From Mytilus trossulus (lineage: Eukaryota): a DNA stretch of 64,000 nt. Under the pieces are notes generated by a model. It was not told where the DNA came from and did not search any database. It worked only from the letters and a program-made list of their open reading frames with translations. Numbering within the stretch: the stretch's first letter is position 1; every line of letters begins with the position of its first letter. The DNA is taken from positions 1,364,001 to 1,428,000 of the forward strand of contig NC_086378.1 in assembly GCF_036588685.1 (NCBI RefSeq), in the 5' to 3' direction. Both the position numbers and the translations under genes were made by a program. Positions 41,801-54,139 of this stretch are shown in pieces.

Positions 41801-44800
41801 TTTATATTATACTGTTCAAATCATCTGTATTGTGATGGAACTAGGAAACAACAGGATCTTCAAGATGGACTCTTAACTGAATTTACATCTGTAAGGGTTC
41901 TTTAAGAGGGCCCATGAGGATCAGATAAATGGTTTATGTAAGGAACCATTTAAACTAGATGGGTGGGAAGTTATTATTTTCTTTGTTTTGTTTAGGCAAA
42001 GATGGATATAAAACACACGGAGATAAAGGTGTTAATATTACCTGAGCAAGTATATAATTTCTATTAGCTTCAGGAACAGGTAAGTAACAGGCATTGATAT
42101 AATCCTCCTCGCCTTTCTGTAACTTGACTCGGCTGTGGTCATCTAAAATACATAAAAGTTCACATCATCACATAATATACCAATAATACATGTACACAAT
42201 AAAACAAAATAGCTTATCTTTGTTTAATTTGTATGATATCATGATGCTGGCAGAATACACAACTTGAATGTTTTGGAAATTTAACACCTTGCCTCATTTT
42301 TAGCAATGGTTAACCTAATGATGTTTGCAAAATATTTTGTTTGGTCTGTGTTTTCTTTGTTTTTTTTAACAGGGTTACTTTTACAAACTGTAACTTGGAT
42401 GGAGAATGATCTCATTGGCACTCATACCACCTCTTCTTATATCTATTAAGTTTAACATACACTTGATTTCAAATATGCCATCCAGTTAAATATCTTAATG
42501 GACATATAAAATTTGAAGCATAAAACATTTATAATAACCGAACTACACTATGACATCAATATATCATCCTTGTAGAAATCCCGTTAGAATTTACGATTAA
42601 ACTTTAAAAAGAAGATAAGGTATAACGTAAAATTTGATAAGTTTAGTGACTGGAGTAAATAAATCGCCTATTAAATATGAACATGCTGATTGCCTGATAG
42701 CAAAGTCACCAGTTTTTCATGGGTTTTTTTCATTTAATGTGTGCCATAATTTTTTTTTTAAAGTTTTCATTATTTCTAAAACAAACTTGTAAGTTCTTAC
42801 AATGTAAATGAGTTTAACCCCACCACATTTTGTATGTGCATGTCCAGAGTCAGGAGCCTGTTATGTGGTTGTTGCTGTGTAATATATATTCTTTATTTTG
42901 TACATAAATAAGGCCCTTAGTTTTCTCTGACATTTGCAATGCCAATTGCTGAAGGCTTTAAGGTGACTTAAAATTGTTAATTTCCGTATCATTCGGTCAC
43001 TTTAGAGAGTCGTCTCATTTATAATCATACCATAACTTCTTATTTATATATTGTCAACTACTTTTTCTAATATGCTTAACTTGCATGTTATTCAAATTTT
43101 ACTGGTGTTTAGAATAATATGGGTAAAGGGAGACTATTCATTTCAGGATATCTAATTTTAAACTATAAAACTAAATGTGCCAGTACTTTAAAAAAAAAAA
43201 AAAAAAAACCAGGGCTGTGACCAATACTTTTATAGGTTCCAGTCTCAGTTGGAGTAGAAGTATACATGTAGAATAAAGTTGTATATATTGGTATTTGCAT
43301 AAAACCACTTAAATTTAAAAGATATCAAATTTATCACCTGACATGTTAGGCCAGGATTTTTTAATTTGTTGGTTTACGGATCCGCCGACCCGATTTTGCT
43401 GATTCTTAGAATAAAAATAAAATTGACTTTTCATGCTTTTTTATTCCCGCCAACCCAAACAAATACATTATCCCTGAAAAATAATTAAATTCTTCTTTTT
43501 CTATGAAATGAAATGCATGAATCACTAACAAAATTGATAACAGTTACACTCTCTATTGTGAAAAAATAAAACTTCCAGTTTACGTTTCTAAAAATAGACA
43601 AATCAATTATAACTGACCTTGAAATGTCGTTTACGCAAATAATTTTGCGGAACGAAATCTGCGTTTAAAACCCATTACACAATAAGTTCGTTTCCCTTAT
43701 ATGTCATCAGTCTGTAAGATTCATAATCTCATAGAAATAGACATGTCCAAATGTGGACAGGTGGAAAGCACCTTGGAAGTAAAAGTTCTGAATATAAACC
43801 AAGTCATTTAGAAATTTCTTGTTTCATGGATAATAAAAAAAAATATATCGTCCATTTGGATTAAAAACGGGAATGCATGACACAAGATTAACCCGATATT
43901 CTCGTTTTTTTCCCTGGACGAGTCTATTACGTTTTTGACACGTGTGTTGAAACTTATTTTCGTACGACGTTTTTTACATTTTTTTCTTTATCAGTTTTCG
44001 TTTTTGAAGATCATTACTCACCAAGTTTTCTGGAATTGATTAAGAGCTACGCGAATTTGTTTTTCTTGTTTGTGAAAAGACGATTTAATTTCGTCTTTGT
44101 CTGTGAACACCCCCTTTTTTTTACGGAAAATCATTAGACAATGTCATGTGATATTTATGACAGCTGAGCAACTTCTACTTCTACTATGTAATGACCGCCT
44201 TCAACAAGTTGACCTTTACGTCACTTGTACTGCGCATTGCTTTGTGAAGGTATATATATACAGTGAAATATAACAAATTTGTGATAGTAAACAAAAAACA
44301 AAAACAAAAATTTTACATAGTAATAGTGCATATTTTTAATTTATTAAGAGCAAGAATATTTCATCGAACTAAAATTTGAAATGATGACAAAATAGCTTAA
44401 AAACATTTTGTTAGAAAGGTGAAATGTATATTTATTTTGCATTTTTTTACTGTCTTGAAAGATATTTTTTTTTCTTTTTTTTCCCGACCGACCGACCCGA
44501 CTTTTTCATGGTGAAAATCCGTAAACCAACAAATTAAAAAACCGTGGCCTTAATAATCTGTTCATTTAGAACAGATCTAAACTTAAGTAGCTTTATGCAT
44601 ACAGGCCCAGCCCTACTCTAACACTTTTAATTTTGTATGTATATAATAACCATCTGTAAAAATGATTTTCCTAGGATCTTTATATTTTAGAAGCCTGGTT
44701 CACATTGTATTTTGTATTTTCTTCTCGTAAAAAATCCAATGGAAGGTATACTTTACTAGTTGCTACACATGATAGGCAGATGCATCTATATTATGGATAA

Positions 44801-45975
44801 ATATATTTGTATCATCAAATTGTTTAAGCGATCTGTCAAGCTTTTACAATATACAGGGTTCTCCCTAGGAAGTTAAGAGGGTGTGTCATGCACGCGACTT
44901 TACAATTTTTGACATGGTGATTTCTACGTATATGCCCTCCTTGTGCCTTAATTTGGTAAATAACAATTTTCTATTCTATTCTATATTAAACACAGGCATG
45001 CTAATGTAATAACTTATTACATGGGTAAACATCTCTGTAACGGTTCCTGTTTTTATTGGTCGGTTGTTTTGCTTCCTTTGTTGACAGCTCTTCTTCAAAG
45101 GCTATCTCAGCAGCTTCCACCTTAATTTCCTGAAAAAAAATAGTTTGAGTTATTATTAATGTAAAGGTACAAAATCTTTAATTTAGAAATTTTACATACA
45201 ATGTAGGTATAAAATGTATAATTCTATAATTACTTACATCTACTTCATTGATTTTGATTTTTGATGTTTTAACGCCACATTTAAGACCGCATTTAGGCTA
45301 TTTCATGGCATCCAGTTTTTATTGGTGGATCAAGCCAGAGTGCCCCGGAGTAAACCACTGACCTTTGATAGGAAAACTGACAATTCTAGTCAATTAAGAT
45401 TGGAGTCGACTGCACCAACAATAGTGCGCCTTGAACTCACAACCTCAGTGTTGACTGGCAAGTGATTACAGAAGTACAATGTAACTACTTATATATAATT
45501 AGACCACTCAGTCGACAGTACTTCATTTGAACTTTGGTGGATAGTTGTCCTAGTGGCAATCATATCACATCTTGATATTTTCACATTGCTACAAGACTAG
45601 CATTCTGAGCTTGTTTTAAAGTGTTAGTTCATATCTTCAAATAAGAATATTGGCAGTAAGACATGTCACCATAACTATATGTTTATAAATGACATTATGA
45701 TTACTTTCGTCTTCCAGTCGACCAGATTTCATTTATGCTGTTTGCTTAATAGAAAAGCAACAAATACAAATTGCATAGTCTTTGGTTTGACCCAGTCTGT
45801 ATCAAACCCACAAACAGATGTGAACACTGACAACAGTCAACACGTAGCGTCACAAGTCGAGGAACGCGTCGGCCCTTTTATGCTTTATTTGGTATTTCAC
45901 ACAAACCTGATATATAGCAGGCCATATGCCAAATTTATCATACTGCTGTGATTCTTTTTCTATCTCTGATTCCAT
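32686..45975 (-). CDS. PTPN1/PTPN2: Tyrosine-protein phosphatase non-receptor type 1/2-like (PTP1B/TC-PTP co-orthologue), 9 coding exons, 433 aa: join(complement 45907-45975, 45021-45129, 42042-42142, 41539-41637, 39525-39674, 38424-38633, 37382-37582, 33637-33794, 32686-32890)
   Basis: Manual splicing gives 1302 nt in one frame with GT-AG introns. Motifs: [43 protein letters not shown] (WPD loop), [11 protein letters not shown] (P-loop), [12 protein letters not shown] (Q loop), a Pro-rich linker, and a basic plus hydrophobic C-terminal tail. Confidence 0.95.
33637..33794 (-). CDS. PTPN1/PTPN2: PTP exon 8, proline-rich linker (APPKPPTR...EPPPLPPR)
   Basis: Open frame with PxxP motifs like the PTP1B proline-rich region. 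ttgtag acceptor, AG|gtatgt donor (phase 2). Confidence 0.85.
34186..36157. mobile_element. ~2-kb Helentron-like element with two internal tandem arrays, in PTP intron 7
   Basis: Arrays at ~34920-35450 and ~35440-36070, (gac)n microsatellite, terminal tatacgac...gtcgtata hairpin plus A run. Inserted in an A run of a ~70-bp duplicated flank. Confidence 0.6.
37130..37350. mobile_element. MITE (TA-flanked, Tc1/mariner-like)
   Basis: TIR tactgtaaaccaa / ttggtttacagta. A related element lies at 36860-37111. Confidence 0.65.
37382..37582 (-). CDS. PTPN1/PTPN2: PTP exon 7 (..[25 protein letters not shown]..)
   Basis: Q-loop motif. tatttag acceptor, gtaag donor. Confidence 0.95.
38013..38204. mobile_element. 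MITE
   Basis: TIR tacacaggcaat.ttttccaac / gttggaaaatattgcctgtgta. Confidence 0.65.
38424..38633 (-). CDS. PTPN1/PTPN2: PTP exon 6, catalytic exon (WPDFGVP...[13 protein letters not shown])
   Basis: WPD loop and an intact catalytic CX5R signature. tttttag acceptor, gtgagt donor. Confidence 0.97.
39525..39674 (-). CDS. PTPN1/PTPN2: PTP exon 5 (RKCHQYWP...EIEDMQ)
   Basis: KCxQYWP motif. ttttcag acceptor, gtgagt donor. Confidence 0.95.
40170..41447. mobile_element. Non-autonomous TIR DNA transposon, PTP intron 4
   Basis: TIR cagtgttctccc / gggagaacactg. Flanks caagtatag / caagtaaag. Confidence 0.65.
41539..41637 (-). CDS. PTPN1/PTPN2: PTP exon 4 ([33 protein letters not shown])
   Basis: Conserved motifs. 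tttcag acceptor, gtaagt donor. Confidence 0.95.
42042..42142 (-). CDS. PTPN1/PTPN2: PTP exon 3 (YDHSRVKL...DYINAC...YILAQ)
   Basis: Conserved PTP motifs. 101 nt, AG/GT flanks, phase-compatible. Confidence 0.95.
43349..44549. mobile_element. Non-autonomous TIR DNA transposon (PIF/Harbinger-like), PTP intron 2
   Basis: ~33-bp TIRs ggcca.g.tttttt.aatttgttggtttacggat / atccgtaaaccaacaaattaaaaaaccgtggcc, with TTA on both sides. Confidence 0.7.
45021..45129 (-). CDS. PTPN1/PTPN2: PTP exon 2 (EIKVEAAE...[11 protein letters not shown])
   Basis: pTyr-recognition loop NRYRDV. Acceptor tttcag, donor gtaata, ends in phase 1. Confidence 0.93.
45907..45975 (-). CDS. PTPN1/PTPN2: PTP exon 1 ([23 protein letters not shown])
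   Basis: Resembles the PTP1B N-terminus [21 protein letters not shown]. Donor CAG|GTTTGT. Confidence 0.9.
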
Positions 45976-46039
45976 CGACAAACCGTTACATTGACAATAT
46001 TTTGGCTAACTTTGAAAATGTGAACGCACTTGTCCTTTT

Positions 46040-46047
46040 ACTTCCGG
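46040..46047. promoter_or_regulatory. ETS/GABP-type motif ACTTCCGG in the putative PTP proximal promoter
   Basis: Exact ACTTCCGG ~65 bp upstream of the PTP ATG. Position is typical of housekeeping promoters, but the motif is short. Confidence 0.35.
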
Positions 46048-46734
46048 AATTAAGAAAGTAAACTCCTGTTCACGTCGGTAAGGAGATGAAGATCCGAATG
46101 ACCACACTTTTTTCAGACTTGAATGGAAATTCTACTGAATATTATACTAGGCCTAGAGGACCTAGAGTGTTGTAGGAATAATGTTCAATGTATTGAAAGA
46201 ATTGTGTGTGTGTGTAAGAGGGGGGGGGGGGGGGGTAGTGGAGCACGGAATGCAAAATGGTTTATGTTTGTGGCGGATCCAGAAATGTTTATAAAAGGGG
46301 GAGGGGGGGTGGCTTCAGTGATACCCTATATAATCACTAAATTCAGTGATACCCTATATAATCACTAAATTTTCACAATTAAAAGGGGACTCTAAATCCA
46401 CATATGGGTCAACAAAGCCTAGTCTTTCTTATTTCTCAACTTCGTTTCTTTCTTAAAAGTACAGTGGAAAAGGTATGTAGTAATCAAGTCAAGTCTTAAA
46501 TTCATATAACATAAATATTATGTATACTTTTAAACTGGACCCCTGTTGTGCTTTAGATACAACGTAGAACGGCGGACCAGTTTAATATACTTTCAGTAAG
46601 GCTAAATTTATTTTTTAGTATTACTTTTTGGCGAGTAATTATATGAAACTTTGACGAACATGGTTGACTGAGTTACTAAGAAAAAAAAATATATGTAGAG
46701 AGACGAAAAAAACCCAAAACCCACATAAGTTAAC

Positions 46735-47515
46735 CAACTTAAACCACGGCTTCAGGTCAGGATACTCACGCGAAACCCAACTCATAACAACTATCAACGA
46801 CTTCCTACAAGAACATGAGAAGGACCATTAAATCGATGTAAGCATATTAGATTTCTCCAAAGCCTTTGACACAGTACCACACACGTGACAAATTACTACA
46901 TAAGTTAGATCAATGTGGAATTAAAGGAAACACACACAAAAACTTACTAACTGTAAGATCAATGCACACCATCGTAGAAGGCGAATCATCTGGCGAAACA
47001 ACAGTTGACTCTTTGGTATCCCAGGGCACCGTCTTAGGACCAATCCTGTTCCTGTGCCACATCAATGACCTACCAGACAGCGTAACTTTATCAGTAAGAC
47101 TTTTTGCTGACGATTACCTACTGTACAGAACAATTAAAAATAGCAAAGACCAACAAAAACTACAAACAGATTTGGAACAACTAAAAATCTTGGCCGAAAA
47201 ATGGGGGATGCGATTCAATACCAAAAAGTGCCATGTCTTAACTATCAACAAAAAAAAACCCGACAAATTATATACGCTTAATATAAGCACGTCCTACAAG
47301 AGGTACAAGTTAACCCATACTCAGGGCTCCAAATATCAAACAATCTGAAATGGAGCATCCACATAAACAACATCAGCAAGAAAGCTAACGCCACCCTGGG
47401 CTTTCTTAGGAGAAACTTGAGAACTGTACCAAAGGCATGTAGGAAGGTAGCATACATATCCCTAGTAAGATCGACAATGGAATATCGCGCGACAATCTGG
47501 AACCCATATATGGAA
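46735..47515 (+). mobile_element. Non-LTR retrotransposon (LINE) RT pseudogene fragment
   Basis: HGFRSGYSRETQL, LDFSKAFDTVPH, SQGTVLGPILFLCHINDLPD, VRLFADD, WGMRFNTKKCH. Frameshifted. Confidence 0.85.
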
Positions 47516-50025
47516 GTGAAAGCGTAGTTAGGTCGCGGTGAGAACGTGATTGTCATAGTAAGGTCGTCATAACGTCGATGTGAGATCGTAGCGCAGTATC
47601 TCCGAATAGAATCACGCTTTCGCTATGCTCTTACTTCGATGGTACAGCGATCTTTGCGATCTCACTACGATCTTAGTGCGCTCTCACTACGCTTCTACTA
47701 CGACCTGATTTCGCCACGACCGCACCACGATTGTTTTGAACATGTTCATCACGATCTTGAAGACTTCACCACGACCGTGATACGACCTTACGGCAATCTA
47801 CACGATCGTACTACGATATTCAAAATTTGCATTGTTTTCACAGATCGTAGAGCGATTGTGGCCTAGTGGGACTGCGGTATTTTTAAATGTATTTGAATAA
47901 TTTTTGAACTTGGCGACATTTTTTATATTGTACATAAATAAAATTGATCATGTCAATCCGCTACAAATTAAAATGTCCGGAAACAATAAACAGTAAAGGA
48001 AATTAACGTTTATCCGGGTGTCTCTCCTCAAAGGTCATTATCTATGTTCTTGAAGTATGTACACCGTAAAAATAAATAATATGTAAATATCCGGAAGAGG
48101 ATCAATCCATCTATAACATGGTTTCAAGCAAACCAAATTTTAATTCCGTATAGGATTCAGAAAAATGTCCATTAATATGCAGTCTAGTGTCTTCTATGTG
48201 AATGTTGTGATGTTATACTACTGTTTCAGAAAAGGGGGAAGGTTTGGTACCATTAACGTTAAATCCCGCTGCAATTGTTTGCATCTGTCCTTAGTCAGGA
48301 ATCTGATGTTCAGTGGTTGTCGTTTGTGTATGTGGTTCATAAGTGTTTCTCGTTTTTTATATAGATTATACCGTTGGGTTTTCCGTTTGAATGGTTTTAC
48401 ACTAGTATTTTTTTGGGCCCTTTATAGCTTGCTGTTCGTGTGAGCCTAGGCTCCGCGTTGGAGACCATACCTTGACCTATAATGGTTTACTTTTATAAAT
48501 TTTGACTTGGATGGAGAGCTGTCTTATTGACACTCATACCACATCTTTCTATATTTATTGTCTGTTAAACACAACACATTCTTAAACAAAACTGTTAGTG
48601 AAAGGCTTTCTAATAGTCGACTATACTTGAAAACGGAACTATCGGATCGGAGTACACTACAAGTGGAGTATATGGACTATTGTTATAAAAAGGGAAAAAC
48701 AATAGTTTTAGACCAAAGTAAAATCTACTAGTTACACGTATAATGAGCATAATTTGAACGAAGCAATATCTTCAAACAAATGATATTTATCAATAATACT
48801 GTGTTTTATCGTAAGGAGCAAGACTTAAAAAATAGTAGCACAGAAGACAAATAATAAAATGTTGCACTAATTGAACCAATAAAAACCCAGTGCTTTTTCA
48901 AATATTCCAAGTGCTAATAGTTTACAAAAACATTACTATGTATAAAAAGTAAAATCACAAAAATACTGAAGTCAGAGGAAAATCAATACGGAAAGTCCAT
49001 AATCATATGGCAAAATCAAATAACAAAACGCATCAAAAACGAATAGACAAGAACTGTCATATTCCTGACTTGGTACAGGTATTTTCAAATGTAGAAAATG
49101 GTGGATTAAACCTGGTTCTATAGCGCTAACCCTCTCTCTTTAATAACAGTCTCATCAAATTCCGTTATATTTACATGATGCGTTAAATAAACAGTCACAA
49201 TTAATAAAATAGTCAAAATATGGGTACATCAGTCATCATCGCATAACAATTTTAAAAACATCTATCTACGAACACATGGATTGACTTGAGTGTCTGATGT
49301 CATAAAATTTGTATACGTCACATACATTTGTCGTTCATTGTGCATACGAACAGTTTTAAAATTTACATAGGCAATGTAAGCATACAGAGTTAAAAAATCA
49401 AAAGTATGTAATAACAAATTACAGAAATAGACCGAGATTTAAACTAGTCCAAAAGTTATAGGTAGAATTTATGAGAATCCAAAAATAGTTAATTCCACTA
49501 CGCGATTGAATGATTTTGACGTTTGTGGTTCAACGTATATAGTAATTCATAATAGAAATATATCATAATGACATATAATAGACCAAAATAATACTGACGG
49601 GATCTGTTAAAGTACAGAGTCACGTAATAAGAACAAAAGAAGTAAAAAGAGTCGCATATACAAAACAAACCACAAAAAAAATGAAAGTCAATACACACAC
49701 ATTGACGAGATGTATAAGTACCGAAATGACTATAACATTCCCCAAAACGAGAGCATCGAAAGTAGTTGTTAGTGTATAGATATTTTTTAAGTTTTCAGAG
49801 TGTTTAAAGAATGGTTTGCGTTATAAATTCGATTAAGTTAGTAAACAAAAGAAGTATAGTTTAATGAAAGTGTGGACTGTCAAATAATTTTCAGAAATTG
49901 AATCATACACTTCTTTTAAAAAATAAAATCAGAAAGTCCATAATCAAATGGCAAAATCAAAAGGTCAAACATAACAATGGACAAAACCTTTCATATTCCT
50001 GACTTGGTAAATGCGTTTTTGCGTT

Positions 50026-50265
50026 GATTTTCAACAAACAATCGGCATTCATATGGGGACCAATAATGCTCATCTTCTTGCCTACTTGTTTCTAAATTCA
50101 TATAAGTGTGACTTCAACCATTGTCAAATAGGAACCTTTTTAGGAAGAAAGAAAAGAAATTGGCAGCATCACTTAACTTCACTTTCCACTATATATATGA
50201 CGATAGGTCGATAACAAAACTTTACGACGAAAGAGAAGATATTATTAGCTTCCTAAGCATCAACA
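50026..50265 (+). mobile_element. Internally deleted Penelope-like RT relic
   Basis: FQQTIGIHMGTNNAHLLAYLFL (cf. GIPMGTNCAPLLADLFL), LNFTFHYIYD (cf. RYIDD) and TKLYDERED. Confidence 0.6.
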
Positions 50266-50611
50266 TTACATCTCTATATAACCAGGTGAGGATTCAAGTG
50301 AGGGCGTGGCGTACTTGCGTTCCATCTAAAATTGGCAAAGCATGTTTTTTTTTCTCAGCTTGAATAAGAATATTTCGATAATTTTGGTAAATGTGGTCAT
50401 TTTTATATAAAATGTGTCACTCAATATCAATATAGGATCTCGATATATAGGATTGGGTTAAAGTAATAAATGATAAGTTCATTTTATTGAATCTATAAGC
50501 ACACCGAGATAACTACATCAGCCTGTTATGATATCTGTAAAGCACTATCAGCAGATTGGTATAAATAGATTCGCATATTACTTCCTTGTGCAAAGGGCGT
50601 TTATAAGGAAA

Positions 50612-52258
50612 ATGGCGACGTCTATTGACAGTCATGTCGTTGACATAACTACGTGTGCAATTTGTCTGGAGAAACTTAACACTCCAAAGTATTTACCGTG
50701 CTTGCATACATTTTGTGAAAGTTGCCTACGGACATACATAACTGCTATATTTGAGAAAGAGCACAAACAAAGTATTGAATGTCCGGTTTGTAGGACTGAA
50801 GTAATTGTACCGAAGGAAATCAATGCATCTGAAGAATGGGCCAAACTGCTACCATTGAATTTCCTTATCGTTGGACTATTGGAAAAAGAGAAAGTCGAGA
50901 ATCCACAAAAACAATGTATGGTATGTGAACGAATGGAAACAAAATCGGAGGCAAGTTTTATTTGTATTGATTGTTCTGATTTATTATGTTCAAACTGTAA
51001 AAAACACCACAAAGCGAACAAATTGACGTGTGACCACGAAATGAGACAAATTAATGAACTGTCATCGGTCTCTGAATGCTTGAAAACTTTTAAAAACCTT
51101 TGTTCTGAACATAAAGGAGAAGAGCTTAAATTATTTTGTGTCGACCATCAGACTCCATGCTGTTCAATGTGTGTATCAATCAATCATCGCCGATGTGAAA
51201 AAGTTCTTTCCATAGAAGATGCTGCGAAGGAATACGCGACAACTGACAAAGTTACAGATCTGAGAACCCAACTTAGCGAAGTTGATGATGATATAAAAGC
51301 AATCATAAAAGATCGAGCATCTGCAAAGCAAAACATAGACAAGGAGCATAAAGAAAAACAAAATGACCTTGAGACTATATTCAGTGACCTTGTGGCTAAA
51401 ATAAATCATCTCAAAGTCAAACGAGAAGCAGAACTTTTGAAAATATACAACGAGGCAAAAGAAACGATAGACACTTCTATTATAATCTTTCAAAATAAAC
51501 AAAAAAATATAGAAAATGAAAAACAGATTCTAGATGCAGCCGTAAACATGGTAAACATGGCATCCAATGTTCAAGTTATGATAGTAGTCGAAAAGCTGAA
51601 GAAACACTTGGAGGAACATAAACAATTGATTCAAACCAAGGCTAAAGAAAATGTTAATTATGAACTTTCACTGAAAAATGTAGAAAATATTTCAAAATTA
51701 GCTGAAAAAATGGAGAATGAGTGTCAGATTGCATGCAAAGAAACAAACGCATGTATTGAATTGAGTAGCATGACTGTAACGCCTTATGTCTCTGAAATAT
51801 TTAGCGTCTGTCGTTTACAAACAGAAAGTCGTTTTAGTTGGGGGTCGTGTAGTGGTAAAAAAGACGCTATTTGTTTTTCGGTATCAAAGGAAATAGAACT
51901 ATGCGGATTTCTATCATATGTATGTTGCGATGGATTATCGTCATGTGATGTGACCGCTTCAGTTAGAGACGATACAACTGATCTTGTTATAGTGTCAAAC
52001 ACTATAGACAGTAAACTAGCTGAAAATAAAAGGGTTAAAATTGAATTTACAAAACCAGTAAAACTATTAGCTAATAATAAATACCATGTTGTTGTAGTGA
52101 TTAAAGGTCCAGATTGCTATTATGGGATCGGAGGGAAATCTGTAGTAGACAGTAATGATGTAGTGTTTACTTTTAGTCAGTCTGAGTTTAGTGATAATGG
52201 AACAAGTACCAACTCAGGTCAAATTCCTGGATTTTTATTCAAAATTCCTAAGGAATAA
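50612..52258 (+). CDS. TRIM/RBCC-like E3 ubiquitin ligase with C-terminal PHR domain (RING-Bbox1-Bbox2-CC-PHR), copy 1, intact, single coding exon, 548 aa
   Basis: C3HC4 RING (CAIC...LPCLHTFCESC...CPVCR), B-box1 (CMVC...CIDC...CSNCKKHH), B-box2 (CSEH...FCVDH..CCSMC...H), coiled coil, then PHR-like DAICFSVSKEIELCGF...NGTSTNSGQIPGFLF. The likely start is AAAATGGCG at 50612, shared with copy 2; the ORF track starts at 50528. Confidence 0.9.
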   Translation: MATSIDSHVVDITTCAICLEKLNTPKYLPCLHTFCESCLRTYITAIFEKEHKQSIECPVCRTEVIVPKEINASEEWAKLLPLNFLIVGLLEKEKVENPQKQCMVCERMETKSEASFICIDCSDLLCSNCKKHHKANKLTCDHEMRQINELSSVSECLKTFKNLCSEHKGEELKLFCVDHQTPCCSMCVSINHRRCEKVLSIEDAAKEYATTDKVTDLRTQLSEVDDDIKAIIKDRASAKQNIDKEHKEKQNDLETIFSDLVAKINHLKVKREAELLKIYNEAKETIDTSIIIFQNKQKNIENEKQILDAAVNMVNMASNVQVMIVVEKLKKHLEEHKQLIQTKAKENVNYELSLKNVENISKLAEKMENECQIACKETNACIELSSMTVTPYVSEIFSVCRLQTESRFSWGSCSGKKDAICFSVSKEIELCGFLSYVCCDGLSSCDVTASVRDDTTDLVIVSNTIDSKLAENKRVKIEFTKPVKLLANNKYHVVVVIKGPDCYYGIGGKSVVDSNDVVFTFSQSEFSDNGTSTNSGQIPGFLFKIPKE

Positions 52259-54139
52259 TGAAAGTTTTATTAAAAGCTAGTCTTAAGGGCATATGATATA
52301 GTTTTGACCCCGCGGTAATTGTATACGAACATTTAAATACAAGCTATTTTTTTTTTATCTAATCAGGTGAAATATATCAAGTTAATGACAATATTTGTCA
52401 GAATTTAACATAAATGATATCATTGCTAAATATTAGTCTGCTTCAAATATTGACTTATCAAGAAATTGACGATGCGGGTTTGTTGAAAACTGAACTAAAC
52501 AACAAAAATTAAACAGGCACAAGATACTTTATTTCTGGATTGCAACATCAAACCAGCACCTTCAAATGGAGTTGATGTCTGATGCGATAGTTTTACATAC
52601 TTTTGTTTCCATGATTTGCTTGATTTAGATTTGCAGCTTTTAAGGAAACGAATGAAACAGTGACTCGTATGTGTAAGCTTGAAGTATTTTTTTCTCCAAA
52701 TATATAAAAGAAGATGTGGTATGATTGCCAATGAGAAAACGATCCACAAAAGACCAAAATGACACAAACATTTACAACTATAGGTCACCGTACGGCCTTC
52801 AACAATGAGAAAAGCCCATACCGCATAGTCAGCTATAAAAGGCCCCGATAAGACAATGTAAAACAATTCAAACGAGAAAACTAACGACCTTATTTATGTA
52901 AAAAAAATGAACGAAAAACAAATATGTAACACATAAACAAACGACAACCACTGAATTACAGGCTCCTGACTTGAGATCGAAAGTTTTACGCTCGCCATCA
53001 TGATTTGGCTGACCACCTTTGCAGATCTGTGTCACAGATGACAATAGATATATACCACTTGTTTTTCACATGATACCTTTCAATACTCCCTATAATTGTA
53101 TCACTTGATTTAAGCTTATGGAATTGAATTTGCCCCGTTTATATTAACTTATCTCCTTTATTGAATGCAATGAAAATACATTATTATTCGACTTGATTAA
53201 AACAGATGGTATTCAACGTTAACAAGTAAAAAGTAAAAAAAAAAAAAAAAACTCTGAGGAAAATTCAAAACGGAAAGTCCCTTATTCAAAGTCAAAACCC
53301 AAAGCTCAAATACAATAAACCAATGGAGAACATCTGTCATATTCCTGACTTGGAACACGCATTAACGTGACTCGAGATAGATCTGATTTGTTCTAAGGCA
53401 ACTTATTTCAGTGGTTAACAACATGTTTAACCTTCAGTTGTACCTGTCCGTCAGTGGCAATATTCACCTCATCATGAACTTTTTCCCCATTTTCATTAAC
53501 GTGCAAATTTTAAAACAAGAAAAAATAAAATCACAAATATACTAAACTCCTAGGAAAATCCATGTATCGTTGTTGTTATTGTCAGTTTTCACTTTTAACA
53601 ATCTAACGACGGAAGATTGTAATACGTTTCATTTCTATTGCAATACATAGAAAATCAAATTCAATATAAAAAAGAAGATGTGGTATGATTGCCAGTGAGA
53701 CAACTATCTACAAAAGACCAAAATGACACAAACATTAACAATTATAGGTCACCGTACGGCCTTCAACAATGAGAAAAGCCCATACCGCATATAGTCAGCT
53801 ATAAAAGGCCCCGATAAGACAACTCTTTTATGTTTATTATAGCAATTTTGGATTGTTCTCTCGGAAATGTTTTCTGTTATTGTCATGTTATTTAGCATTG
53901 ACGTGGTATGTGTCATAACGTAAACTGCAAGTGAAAACTGCTGTCAACTTTTTGTTTTCAATCATCACTTTTATTCAAATATTGTGTTTACACTATAACA
54001 AATATAGTTATCGCTCTTTGATGAGGCAGTTGTTGAACATCAATACGTTCTTCAAAAATAAGCAATTATGATCTCATATTCAGCATGTTAGTGTTATATT
54101 TATAACTGATGATGTTCCTGACATGACTTTCTTTTCCCA

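Noticed and set aside
50528-50611. 28-aa N-terminal extension of TRIM copy 1 in the ORF track
   Set aside because: Not preserved as a frame in copy 2. AAAATGGCG at 50612 is the shared and better-context start.
50632-52002. Antisense ORFs (50632-51021, 51176-51502, 51784-52002; likewise 57127-57363, 61156-61473, 33622-33966, 38344-38601)
   Set aside because: Shadows of real coding sequence on the opposite strand, with no independent motifs.
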